Source: Candidatus Methylomirabilia bacterium (lineage in GTDB: Bacteria > Methylomirabilota > Methylomirabilia > Rokubacteriales > CSP1-6). Taken from it: a stretch of DNA of 16,175 nt. The notes beneath the pieces were generated by a model that did no database searches, was not told where the DNA came from, and saw only the letters and a program-made list of their open reading frames with translations. The DNA is taken from positions 1-16,175 of the forward strand of contig JBGPXN010000097.1 in assembly GCA_041492755.1 (NCBI GenBank), given 5' to 3'. How positions within the stretch are numbered: the stretch's first letter is position 1; the number at the start of each line of letters is the position of its first letter. Of the stretch, positions 1 through 7,617 are shown piece by piece. Both the position numbers and the translations under genes were made by a program.

Positions 1-1
1 C

Positions 2-619
2 TTTCAGGAGTGGTCGAGAGCGCAGCACCCCTTCATGCTCGGGCAGCGCAAGGAGCAGGAGCGTCTGGGCCGCATCATCCCGCAGACGAATGAGGACTAT
101 GGGTACGAGGACCACTACCCGATGTGGGCCAAGGGGCTCGGATCCGAGTCGGCCGACACGCTGCGCCGGACGGCCTGGGAAATCGTGATGGCCGGGGGAT
201 ACCAAACCGCGGGCGAGACCGCGCGACGCGGAACGAATGTGGGGCCGGATACGGGTGGCGGATGGATGAACGGCCGTGGCGACGACACCATGACCATGTT
301 CAAGGGATACGCGCACATGGTCGACTTCTTCACCAGCTTCGATTGGTGGGACACCGAGCCACACGACGAGCTCGTGAACAACGGCAACTACTGCCTGGCG
401 AAGCCCGGGGAGATCTACGCGGTGTATCTCCCCCATGCCGGAAACGTGACCGTGAGACTTCAGCCGGGTCAGTACGGTGGCACGTGGTGGGACGCACCGA
501 CCGGCAAGCAGATCGCTCTGCCGTACTTCAGCGTCACTGCACCCTCATGGACCTCGCCTGCGGCACCTGGAAAGGGCGACTGGGCCCTCCTCTTGAGGCG
601 AAGGCCGCCCGCCCGGTAG
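2..619 (+). CDS. 5'-truncated DUF4038/apiosidase-like glycoside hydrolase family protein with a C-terminal putative collagen-binding-like domain
   Basis: Frame is open from the window edge (FQEWSRAQHPFML...). NEDYGYE motif, LRRTAWEIVMAGGY segment, and the C-terminal YCLAKPGEIYAVYL...WWDAPTG...DWALLL pattern are typical of this architecture. Confidence 0.7.
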   Translation, partial: FQEWSRAQHPFMLGQRKEQERLGRIIPQTNEDYGYEDHYPMWAKGLGSESADTLRRTAWEIVMAGGYQTAGETARRGTNVGPDTGGGWMNGRGDDTMTMFKGYAHMVDFFTSFDWWDTEPHDELVNNGNYCLAKPGEIYAVYLPHAGNVTVRLQPGQYGGTWWDAPTGKQIALPYFSVTAPSWTSPAAPGKGDWALLLRRRPPAR

Positions 620-651
620 CCTTCTAACCGATGCGCCGGCTAGTGGGACCG

Positions 652-684
652 TGTTCCGTCCCGATTTCATGGACACCGGGTTGA
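652..684 (+). mobile_element. Possible solitary IS3-family-like terminal inverted repeat remnant
   Basis: TGTTCCGTCCCGATTTCATGGACACCGGGTTGA starts with TG and resembles recalled IS3-family ends (TG..CCGCCCC..TTT..TGGACAC). No transposase or partner IR seen. Confidence 0.3.
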
Positions 685-756
685 TAGCAAATTCGGCGAA
701 ACAAGGCCACGACCCGGCGATGGCACGCGCGAGGCGAAGCGCTTGAGCGGGAGCGG

Positions 757-879
757 CTACGAGCCCGGTGCCCCACGGGGTACCAGGATCATGTAGGTCG
801 CTCGGCCCACCGCGAGGAGCCGCCCCGCCGCGTCGGTGATCCGCGCCTCGCCGAAGGCGATGGTGCGCCCGCGCTTGTG
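757..879 (-). pseudogene. C-terminal fragment of a PaaI/hotdog-fold thioesterase
   Basis: HKRGRTIAFGEARITDAAGRLLAVGRATYMIL...* matches the last two beta strands of PaaI thioesterases. The N-terminal part is replaced by unrelated sequence. Confidence 0.75.
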
Positions 880-883
880 GTGA

Positions 884-1015
884 CTGGTCTTCGAGGCCTT
901 CGACTGGGCGCACGGCGTATTCCTCGGCTCGGCCATGGGCACCGAGACCACGGCCGCCATCACCGGCAAGGTCGGTGTGGTCCGCCGCGATCCCATGGCC
1001 ATGATCCCGTTCTGC
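884..1015 (+). pseudogene. pckG: Internal 44-codon fragment of GTP-dependent phosphoenolpyruvate carboxykinase
   Basis: [44 protein letters not shown] contains the highly conserved ETTAA...RRDPMAMxPFC segment of GTP-PEPCK. It is preceded by an in-frame TGA and similarity ends at 1016. Confidence 0.88.
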
Positions 1016-1016
1016 G

Positions 1017-1085
1017 AACCGTGGTCCTTTTCCCCTCCGCATTCTTGTAGATCTTGTGGCTCCCGGTCTGGCGGACGAGAGCATA
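1017..1085 (-). pseudogene. hicA: Internal fragment of a HicA-family toxin (type II toxin-antitoxin)
   Basis: [23 protein letters not shown] carries the HicA signature RQxGSH...GKRxTVP and is cut at both ends. The first codons overlap the adjacent repeat. Confidence 0.75.
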
Positions 1086-1114
1086 GGCGACATAAAGCCC
1101 CCTTCTCGGACACG
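1079..1114 (-). repeat. dif-like (XerC/XerD-type) site, copy 1 of an imperfect direct repeat
   Basis: Minus strand 1113-1085 reads GTGTCCGAGAA-GGGGGCT-TTATGTCGCCT. It matches 3611-3645 with 2 substitutions and a 1-bp indel. The repeat is certain; the dif interpretation is inferred. Confidence 0.6.
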
Positions 1115-1193
1115 GGCGTCCCGACGCCGCCCCGGCCCCTCCACCCTCCGCTTGTCGTACCCCTCCGGTTCACCACGCTGGCCTGCTATACAG

Positions 1194-1506
1194 CACGTTG
1201 AGCACCTGGATCTTCTCGCGCGGCACGCCCGCCTTCTTCAGGACGACGCCGAGGTACTCGTCGGCCGTCCCGCCGGCGGGGGTGCCGAGCTTGCGTCCCA
1301 CCAGGTCCTCGATCTTCGTGACGCGCACCTTGAGCTTCACGTCGACGCTGTGCTTGAGGAAGATGCCCTTCTCCATGCCGATGAAGCTGGGGCGTGGTTC
1401 ATGTTGTTGCCGACGGCCGCCGTCAGCACGGACGGCTGCTGCCCGGTGACAGGGCCCGTGAGCGCCACCGCCAGCGCCGCGACCAGATAACCCCCAGGGG
1501 TTTCAT
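1194..1506 (-). pseudogene. Decayed ABC transporter substrate-binding protein (NitT/TauT, SsuA/THI5-like)
   Basis: AGGAGG RBS and ATG at 1506. Pieces lie in three frames: MKPL / YLVAALAVALTGPVTGQQPSVLTAAVGNNMNHA / PSFIGMEKGIFLKHSVDVKLKV|RVTKIEDLVGRKLGTPAGGTADEYL...IQVLNV. Internal deletion near 1325 and 3' truncation near 1194. Confidence 0.75.
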
Positions 1507-1519
1507 GCGATCGACCTCC

Positions 1520-2557
1520 TCACCTGTCGGCGAACTCGAACGCGTCGTGGGACTCGGAGTCGAGGTGCATGCCGGGGATCCCCGCCGATTGCACATCGCC
1601 GCTCACGAGGTGGAGGCGGTTGCCCACCACCCCGCCCGCGAGGCCGTGCCGCGGCACCGGCATCGACGGGAGCGAGACCCACTGGTTGCGCGCCGGATCG
1701 TAGCCCTCGAGGGCCTTGTAGGCCGCCATGAACTGCGCGTTCTGGTGCTCGCCGCCGGCCACGTAGATGCGGCCGCCGTGGGTCCCCCACGCCGACGCGC
1801 TCCGCGCGCTGGGCATCCTGGCCCGCACCGCCCCCCAGCCGTCCGTCGCCGGATCGTACTCCTCGACGACGTCGGTGTTGCTGGCGACCCCGATGAAGGC
1901 CGCGCCGACCCGGCCGCCGATGACGTAGATCTTCCCGTTCACCACCCCCACCGCCGCGTGGTTCCGCGCCGTCGGCATCGGCGAGCGCGCGCGCCAGGTG
2001 TTGGTGGCGGGGTCGTACTCCTCCACGGTGGGGAGCGCGCGGTGCGGGCGCGCGGGATGCACGGCGGGCTCCGACGAGCCGGGGTGGACACTCGCGCCGC
2101 CGATCACGTAGATCTTCCCGTTGACCGTCGCGGCCACCGGCGAGCCCCGCCTGGTGGGCATGGGCGCGAGCGCCTTCCAGGCGTCGGCCGCGGGGTCGTA
2201 CTCCCAGGCGTTGTCGATCGGCACCCACGCCGGCGGTCCCGACGGCGGGAGCACGAAGCCGCCGAACGCGTAGAGCTTGCCGTTCAGCTCCGTGAAGGCG
2301 ACGTGGTGGGAGGACAGCGCCATCGGCTTCTTCTTCGTCCACTTGTCGCCGGCGGGGTCGTACTCGTACACGAGCCCCTTGGGCTTCCAGCCGGGAGCGA
2401 GCCCGCCGAAGACGTAGACCTTGCCGCCCGCCGCCGCCCCGTACAGCTCCTCCGACGGCTCGGGGAAGGCCGCGAGCTTGACCCACTTGCCCGGCGCCTG
2501 CGCCTCCGCCGTCACCAGGCCCAGCACCAGCAGGGTGCCCATCGCCAGTCGCTTCAT
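1520..2557 (-). CDS. Secreted kelch-repeat beta-propeller protein (345 aa)
   Basis: Start reassigned to ATG 2557 (GGAGGG RBS, ATGA overlap with the upstream stop). Signal peptide MKRLAMGTLLVLGLVTAEAQA followed by about six kelch repeats (GK[VLI]Y..GG...EYDP..D/N.W...MP). Confidence 0.92.
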   Translation of the reverse strand: MKRLAMGTLLVLGLVTAEAQAPGKWVKLAAFPEPSEELYGAAAGGKVYVFGGLAPGWKPKGLVYEYDPAGDKWTKKKPMALSSHHVAFTELNGKLYAFGGFVLPPSGPPAWVPIDNAWEYDPAADAWKALAPMPTRRGSPVAATVNGKIYVIGGASVHPGSSEPAVHPARPHRALPTVEEYDPATNTWRARSPMPTARNHAAVGVVNGKIYVIGGRVGAAFIGVASNTDVVEEYDPATDGWGAVRARMPSARSASAWGTHGGRIYVAGGEHQNAQFMAAYKALEGYDPARNQWVSLPSMPVPRHGLAGGVVGNRLHLVSGDVQSAGIPGMHLDSESHDAFEFADR

Positions 2558-3560
2558 CGCTGTCCCTCCGTGCTCGCTACGGGAACCGCACGTCCGGTCG
2601 CCACCGACTCGACGATCGCCTCCAGCACGGCGATGTTGGCCGTCGCCTCCTCGCCGCCGACCTCCGGCCGCTTCCCCTCTCTCACGCAGCGCGCGAACTC
2701 CGCCAGCTCCTCCACGATCGGGTCCACCGGCGTCAGGGGCACCGCCGACCGCTCCGGCTGACCGCGGCGCGCGAGGAACAGGCGCGTGCTGTCCCCCTCG
2801 TGCCACGCCTGGGCCTCGGTGCCGTGGAGCGTGATGACCGCCGTCCGGTTCGCGTGGACCCACGAGGTGCCGAGATACCCCAGGCCGCCCGAGGCGAACT
2901 CGAAGAGGATGGAGGTCGCGTCGTCGATGTCCACGCTGAGGGCCACGCGGCGCGAGAAGGCCATCACGCGGGCGATGGGACCCAGGAAGTACTGGGGAAC
3001 GTGTCCACGTGGTGAATGCCGAGGTTCGTCATGGGGCCGCCCGGCGTCTCGGCGCGCACCGTGCGCCACATGCCCGGCTTGAGCGCGAAGCCGATGTCCG
3101 CCGAGAAGTTGCCCTCGATCTGGGCGACGCGCCCGAGCGTCCCGTCGTCGATGAGCCTCTTGACCGCGCGGCTCGCCGCCTGCTTGCGCCGCTGGTGGCC
3201 GACGGCGAGGACGACGCCCGCCCGGCGGCACGCCTCCGTCGCGCGCCGCCCGTCCGCGACGGTGAGGGTGAACGGCTTGTCCACGAACACGTGCTTGCCG
3301 GCCCGGGCAGCGGCCACGACCTGCTCGGCGTGGACCGAGTGGGGCGTCGTGATCAGCACGCCCTCCACGTCGGGGTCCGCGAGGAGCGCCTCGTAGCCCG
3401 GAAGGTTGCGACACCCGGGGGTCTTGGCGAAGGCCGCGCGATTCTCGGCGGAGCGGCTGGTGCAGGCGACGATGCTGAGTCCGGTGCCCTGCGCCGCCGC
3501 CCGGGCCAGCGTGCTCGCCCACATCCCGACACCCACGGTGCCCACTCGTACCGGTGTCAT
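2554..3560 (-). pseudogene. Gfo/Idh/MocA oxidoreductase with one frameshift
   Basis: GGAGGAGG RBS and ATG 3560. GTVGVGMW Rossmann motif, ITTPHSVH, GKHVFVDKP, GHQRR and GIHHVD. The frame breaks in a C4 run (2994-2997) between HHVDTF and QYFLGPIARV, and the second frame runs to the stop at 2554. Confidence 0.85.
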
Positions 3561-3610
3561 GCGGCCTCCTCCCGCGCCGTCACGAACGGAAGACGGCGAG
3601 GCGCTCGTTC

Positions 3611-3645
3611 GAGTATAGGCGACACAAAGCCCCTTCTCGGACACG
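3611..3645 (-). repeat. dif-like (XerC/XerD-type) site, copy 2
   Basis: Minus strand 3644-3617 reads GTGTCCGAGAA-GGGGCT-TTGTGTCGCCT (11-6-11), followed by TATACT. Same orientation as copy 1. Confidence 0.6.
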
Positions 3646-3657
3646 AGAGCCCGGCCC

Positions 3658-3915
3658 TCAGCCGGACGTCGATCCTCCCGCGATCTGCGGCAGGAGGAAC
3701 ACTTCGCTGTCGAGGCCGATCGGCTCGAGCAGCGCGTCCTGGTAAATCTGGCCGTCGATGGCCACGGCGACGCCGTCCTCGAGATGGCGCCCGAGGACCG
3801 GATGCAGCGCGGTGAGTTGCTCGAAGAGCTGCTTCACGGACGTCGCCGAGAGATGGAACTCGGCGACGCCCCCCGTGAGCTGCGCGAGGTTGCCGATCAG
3901 CACCACGCGCGGCAT
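3658..3915 (-). CDS. MoaD/ThiS-family sulfur carrier protein
   Basis: 85-aa ubiquitin-like pattern ending VAVAIDG...EVFLLPQIAGG(STSG). Last gene of the molybdoenzyme operon. Confidence 0.9.
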   Translation of the reverse strand: MPRVVLIGNLAQLTGGVAEFHLSATSVKQLFEQLTALHPVLGRHLEDGVAVAIDGQIYQDALLEPIGLDSEVFLLPQIAGGSTSG

Positions 3916-3922
3916 GCGGGCT

Positions 3923-6217
3923 TCAGGCCTTGTTGAGGCCGCGCTCCTTGAGCGCCTTGAGCACCTTGGGCGGCGACATCGGCAGCTCGGTGAAGCGGAT
4001 GCCGGTCGCGCCCTCCATGGCGTTGGCCACCGCGGCCAGGGGCGGCACGATCGGCGTCTCGCCGACGCCGCGCACGCCGTACGGATGGCGCGGGTTGGCC
4101 ACCTCGACGAGGATCGCGTCGATCATCGGTAGATCGGACGCCACGGGCATGCGGTAGTCCAGGAAGCCCGCGTTCTGCATCTTGCCGTCGGGGCCGTAGA
4201 CGTATTCCTCGTTGAGCGCCCAGCCGATGCCCTGGGCGGCGCCGCCCTGGAACTGGCCCTCGACGTAGCTCGGGTGGATGGCGCGGCCGGCGTCCTGCGC
4301 GACCGTGTAGCGAAGGATGGTCACGCGTCCGGTCTCGGGATCGACCTCGAGGTCGACGAGGTGCGTGCCGAAGCTCGGGCCCGCGCCCTGGGCATTGATC
4401 CGACCGTAGCCGCCGATGGGGCCACCGGTCTTGCCGGCCACCTTGGCGAAGTCCGCGACCGACATCGGCTTGAACTTGTCGGCGACGTCGCCGATCGGCT
4501 TCACGTGGCCGCCGGCGAACTCGACCTGCGTGGGCTTGAGGTCCCACAGCTTGGCGGCCCGCGCGCACAGCTCGGTCTTGATCTGCTTCGCGGCCTCCAC
4601 CACCGCCAACGAACCGGAGAAGGTCGAGCGGCTGCCGCCGGTGAGGAAGGTGAAGCCGAGCGAGCCGGTGTCGCCGATGATCGGCCGCACCTTCTCGAAG
4701 GGGATGCCCAGCTCGTCCGCCGCGACCATGGCCAGCGACGCGCGCAGGCCGCCGATGTCGGGCGTGCCGGCCATCAGCGACACCGTGCCGTCCTCGTTCA
4801 CCGTGAGCGACAGGCAGGTCTCGCCACCGATGTTGAACCAGAAGCCCGAGGCCACGCCGCGCCCCTGCCACTTCCGGAGCGGCGCGTTCCAGTGCTCGGT
4901 CTTCTTGACGGCGTTGAGCGTTTCCTCCAGCCCGATGGGCCCGAACTTCGGGCCATAGGCCGCCTTCGTCCCTTCTCTCGCCGCGTTCTGCAGGCGGAGA
5001 TCGATCGGGTCGATGTCGAGCTTCTTGGCCAGTTCGTCGACGACGCTCTCGACGGCGTACTCGGAGATCGGCGCGCCGGGCGCCCGGTACGCCGCCACCT
5101 TCGGACGATTGGACACGACATCGTAGCCGATGACCTTCACGTGCTCGATGTCGTACGGCGCGAACGCGCACATGACGCCGGGTTGCACGGGCGAGCCCTG
5201 GAACGCGCCGGCTTGATATTTCAGCTCGGCGAAGGCGGCGGTGAACCGGCCCTCCTTGGTCGCGCCCAGCTTGACCCGCACGGTGGCGCCGGAGGTGGGG
5301 CCCGAGGCCTTGAACACCTCCTCGCGGGACATGACCATTTTCACGGGACGCTTGGCCTTGCGCGACAGCGCCATGGCGAGCGGCTCCAGATAGACGATCG
5401 TCTTGCCGCCGAAGCCGCCGCCGATCTCGGAGGCGGTGACGCGGACCCGGCCGATGTCGATGCCGAGCAGCCGGGCGCAGTGGGCCCGCACGAGGAAATG
5501 GCCCTGCGTCGAGCACCACAGCTCGGTCGAGCCGTCCTCGGACACGCTGGCCAGCGCGGCGTGCGGCTCGATGTAGCCCTGGTGCACGGGTGCCGTCCGG
5601 AACTCGCGCTCGATGATCACGTCAGCCTTCTGGAAGCCGGCCTCGATGTCCCCCAGCGTGATCTCGACGCGCTTGGCGACGTTGGAGGGCTTCTCGGGCT
5701 TCGGCTCGACGCCGTCGGTGTAGAGGTCGTCGTGCAGGAGGGGGGCGTCGGGGCGCATCGCGTCGACCACGTCGATCACGTGCGGGAGCACCTCGTACTT
5801 CACGTCGATCAGCTTGAGCGCGCGCCGGGCGATGGCCACGCTCGTGGCGGCCACCGCGGCCACGGCATGGCCCTCGTAGAGCACCTTCTCGCGGGCCATG
5901 ACGTTACGGACCAGATCCTTGTAGTTGATCATCATCTCGCCGGCCGGGATGAACTCCGACGGCTGATCGGCGAAATCGTCGCGGGTGACGATGGCCTTCA
6001 CTCCCGGCAGCGCCGCGGCCCTGGAGACGTCGATCGAGAGGATGCGTGCGTGGGCATGCGGGCTGCGCAGCACCCGCCCGATGAGCTGGCCCGGCAGGCT
6101 GAAGTCGGCGCCGAAGCGCGCGCGACCCGTCACCTTGTCGACGCCGTCCGGGCGGATCGTGCGCGTGCCGACGTATGTCTGCGTGTGCCCGTTCGTCACC
6201 GTCTCCGCCATGGTCAT
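3923..6217 (-). CDS. Xanthine dehydrogenase family molybdopterin-binding (large) subunit
   Basis: DKVTGRARF, LRSPHAHARI, GGGFGGK, AYRAPGAP, TGGSRST, GQFQGG and RGVGETP motifs. Start at ATG 6217 (ATGA overlap) or 6211. Confidence 0.95.
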   Translation of the reverse strand: MTMAETVTNGHTQTYVGTRTIRPDGVDKVTGRARFGADFSLPGQLIGRVLRSPHAHARILSIDVSRAAALPGVKAIVTRDDFADQPSEFIPAGEMMINYKDLVRNVMAREKVLYEGHAVAAVAATSVAIARRALKLIDVKYEVLPHVIDVVDAMRPDAPLLHDDLYTDGVEPKPEKPSNVAKRVEITLGDIEAGFQKADVIIEREFRTAPVHQGYIEPHAALASVSEDGSTELWCSTQGHFLVRAHCARLLGIDIGRVRVTASEIGGGFGGKTIVYLEPLAMALSRKAKRPVKMVMSREEVFKASGPTSGATVRVKLGATKEGRFTAAFAELKYQAGAFQGSPVQPGVMCAFAPYDIEHVKVIGYDVVSNRPKVAAYRAPGAPISEYAVESVVDELAKKLDIDPIDLRLQNAAREGTKAAYGPKFGPIGLEETLNAVKKTEHWNAPLRKWQGRGVASGFWFNIGGETCLSLTVNEDGTVSLMAGTPDIGGLRASLAMVAADELGIPFEKVRPIIGDTGSLGFTFLTGGSRSTFSGSLAVVEAAKQIKTELCARAAKLWDLKPTQVEFAGGHVKPIGDVADKFKPMSVADFAKVAGKTGGPIGGYGRINAQGAGPSFGTHLVDLEVDPETGRVTILRYTVAQDAGRAIHPSYVEGQFQGGAAQGIGWALNEEYVYGPDGKMQNAGFLDYRMPVASDLPMIDAILVEVANPRHPYGVRGVGETPIVPPLAAVANAMEGATGIRFTELPMSPPKVLKALKERGLNKA

Positions 6218-6690
6218 CCCTTTCTCATCGTCGCGGCGGCGTCCATCACCGCGCTGACGATCTTGTCGTACCCGGTGCACCGGCAGAGGTTGCCGGCCAG
6301 CCAGTAGCGAATCTCGGTTTCCGTGGGGTCGGGCGTCCTCTCGAGCAGGGCCTTGCTGGCCACGAGGAAGCCCGGCGTGCAGATGCCGCACTGGAGCGCG
6401 GCATTTTCCAGAAATTGCTGTTGCAGCGGATGGAGCGTCTCGCCCCTGGCCATGCCCTCGATGGTCTCGATCCGCCGCCCGCCGATCTCGCAGCCCAGCA
6501 CGAGGCAGGCACAGACCAGCCGGCCGTCGAGCGTGACGCTGCACGCGCCACAGTCGCCGGAGGCGCAGCCTTCCTTGCTGCCGGTCAGTTGCAGCGTGTC
6601 GCGGAGCACGTCGAGCAGCGTGTCCTCCGTCTCGCAGAGGAACTCGACCGCGTCCCCGTTCACCGTCGCCTCGATGTGGTGCTTGGCCAT
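6214..6690 (-). CDS. (2Fe-2S)-binding small subunit (CoxS/CutS family)
   Basis: GSKEGCASGDCGAC...C and QCGICTPG...GNLCRCTGY motifs. Confidence 0.96.
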   Translation of the reverse strand: MAKHHIEATVNGDAVEFLCETEDTLLDVLRDTLQLTGSKEGCASGDCGACSVTLDGRLVCACLVLGCEIGGRRIETIEGMARGETLHPLQQQFLENAALQCGICTPGFLVASKALLERTPDPTETEIRYWLAGNLCRCTGYDKIVSAVMDAAATMRKG

Positions 6691-7550
6691 CAGCTCGTCC
6701 TCGCCCGGTCCAGCGCGATCAGGGCCGCCCGGCGCGCCAGCACGCCCGCGATCTCGATGCGGAATTCCATCGTCCCTCGCTTGTCGTCGATTGGCTGGCA
6801 GGCCGCCCGCGCTGCCGCTTCGAGCCGGTCCTGCGCGGCTTTGTCGAGACGACTCCCGACGATGGCCCGGGCCGCCTCCGCAACCAGCAGCACCCGCGCC
6901 GCCACCGCGCCCAGCGACACGCGCGCCGCGGTGATCGTGCCGCCGCCGTCGACCGTCAGGTTGATGCCCGCGCCCACCACGGCGATGTCCATCTCGGTGC
7001 GCGGGATGAAGCGCAGGTAGGCGTCGCCCGAGCCCTTCGGGCGCGGCGGCAACAAGAAGGAGACGATGATCTCGCCCTTCCGGAGGGCGAGCTTGCGGGG
7101 GCCGAGCATGACGTCCTCGACCGGGAGGTCACGCTTACGCTGCGGGCCGGCCAGCGTGGCGACGGCGCCGGCGGCGATGAGCGCGGGCACGCTGTCGGCC
7201 GCCGGCGAGCCGTTGCACAGGTTGCCCCCGAGCGTGGCGCGCCCCTGGATCTGGGTCGAGCCGATGAGGTTCGCGGCCTCGACCACGCCCGGCCACACCT
7301 GCTTGAGCCGCGGATGCTCCTTCAGCTCGGCCCCCGTCACCGCCGCGCCGATGCGCCAACCGCCCTTTTCCTCGGTGACCGCGCGGGTCTCGGCGATCTT
7401 CTTGATGTCGACGATCAGCTCCGGCTCGACGACGTCGGCGCGCATCTGAACCAGGAGGTCCGTGCCTCCGGCCAGGACCCGCGCGTCGCCCGTCGCTCCC
7501 GCGAGCAGGGCCACCGCCCCCTCCAACGATTCTGGTGCTTCGTATCGCAT
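6690..7550 (-). CDS. FAD-binding medium subunit (CoxM/CutM family)
   Basis: Start reassigned to ATG 7550 (MRYEAPES). AGGTDL, ATLGGNLCNGSPAADS and PIDDKRGT motifs. Confidence 0.95.
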   Translation of the reverse strand: MRYEAPESLEGAVALLAGATGDARVLAGGTDLLVQMRADVVEPELIVDIKKIAETRAVTEEKGGWRIGAAVTGAELKEHPRLKQVWPGVVEAANLIGSTQIQGRATLGGNLCNGSPAADSVPALIAAGAVATLAGPQRKRDLPVEDVMLGPRKLALRKGEIIVSFLLPPRPKGSGDAYLRFIPRTEMDIAVVGAGINLTVDGGGTITAARVSLGAVAARVLLVAEAARAIVGSRLDKAAQDRLEAAARAACQPIDDKRGTMEFRIEIAGVLARRAALIALDRARTS

Positions 7551-7608
7551 GTGTGGTGCTCTCACCTTCCTGTGCGTGACTTGCGGTCGCGATTCGACCG
7601 ACCGGCGC

Positions 7609-7617
7609 ATGATAGCA
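7609..7617 (-). promoter_or_regulatory. Possible extended -10 promoter element for the molybdoenzyme operon
   Basis: TGcTATCAT on the minus strand about 60 bp upstream of ATG 7550, within GC-rich intergenic DNA. Confidence 0.35.

Noticed and set aside
757..1114. CRISPR-like array reading of the fragment mosaic
   Set aside because: No repeats separate the fragments, their lengths are irregular, and no cas genes are in the window.
1489..1502. Palindrome AACCCC-CA-GGGGTT as a terminator or operator
   Set aside because: It is short, has a 2-nt loop, and lies within the first codons of the SBP pseudogene.
1394..2761. Long alternative-frame and antisense ORFs (also 4274-6307, 3897-5519, 7562-9058, 8620-9804, 12230-13441, 14681-15565)
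   Set aside because: They are Arg/Gly/Ala-rich shadows of well-supported genes in high-GC DNA and show no recognisable motifs.
2994..2997. Programmed frameshift or phase variation in the Gfo/Idh/MocA gene
   Set aside because: Only a 4-nt run with no slippery heptamer; mutation or sequencing error is more likely.
6218..6544. N-terminal extensions in the ORF track (also 2558-2863, 3561-3644, 7551-7754, 10323-10505, 11169-11519)
   Set aside because: They overlap other genes or repeats, and downstream starts fit RBS, stop-start coupling or family N-termini better.
3923..7550. Calling the operon aerobic CO dehydrogenase (coxMSL)
   Set aside because: The large subunit has neither AYxCSFR nor AYxGAGR, and no coxDEFG genes are present.
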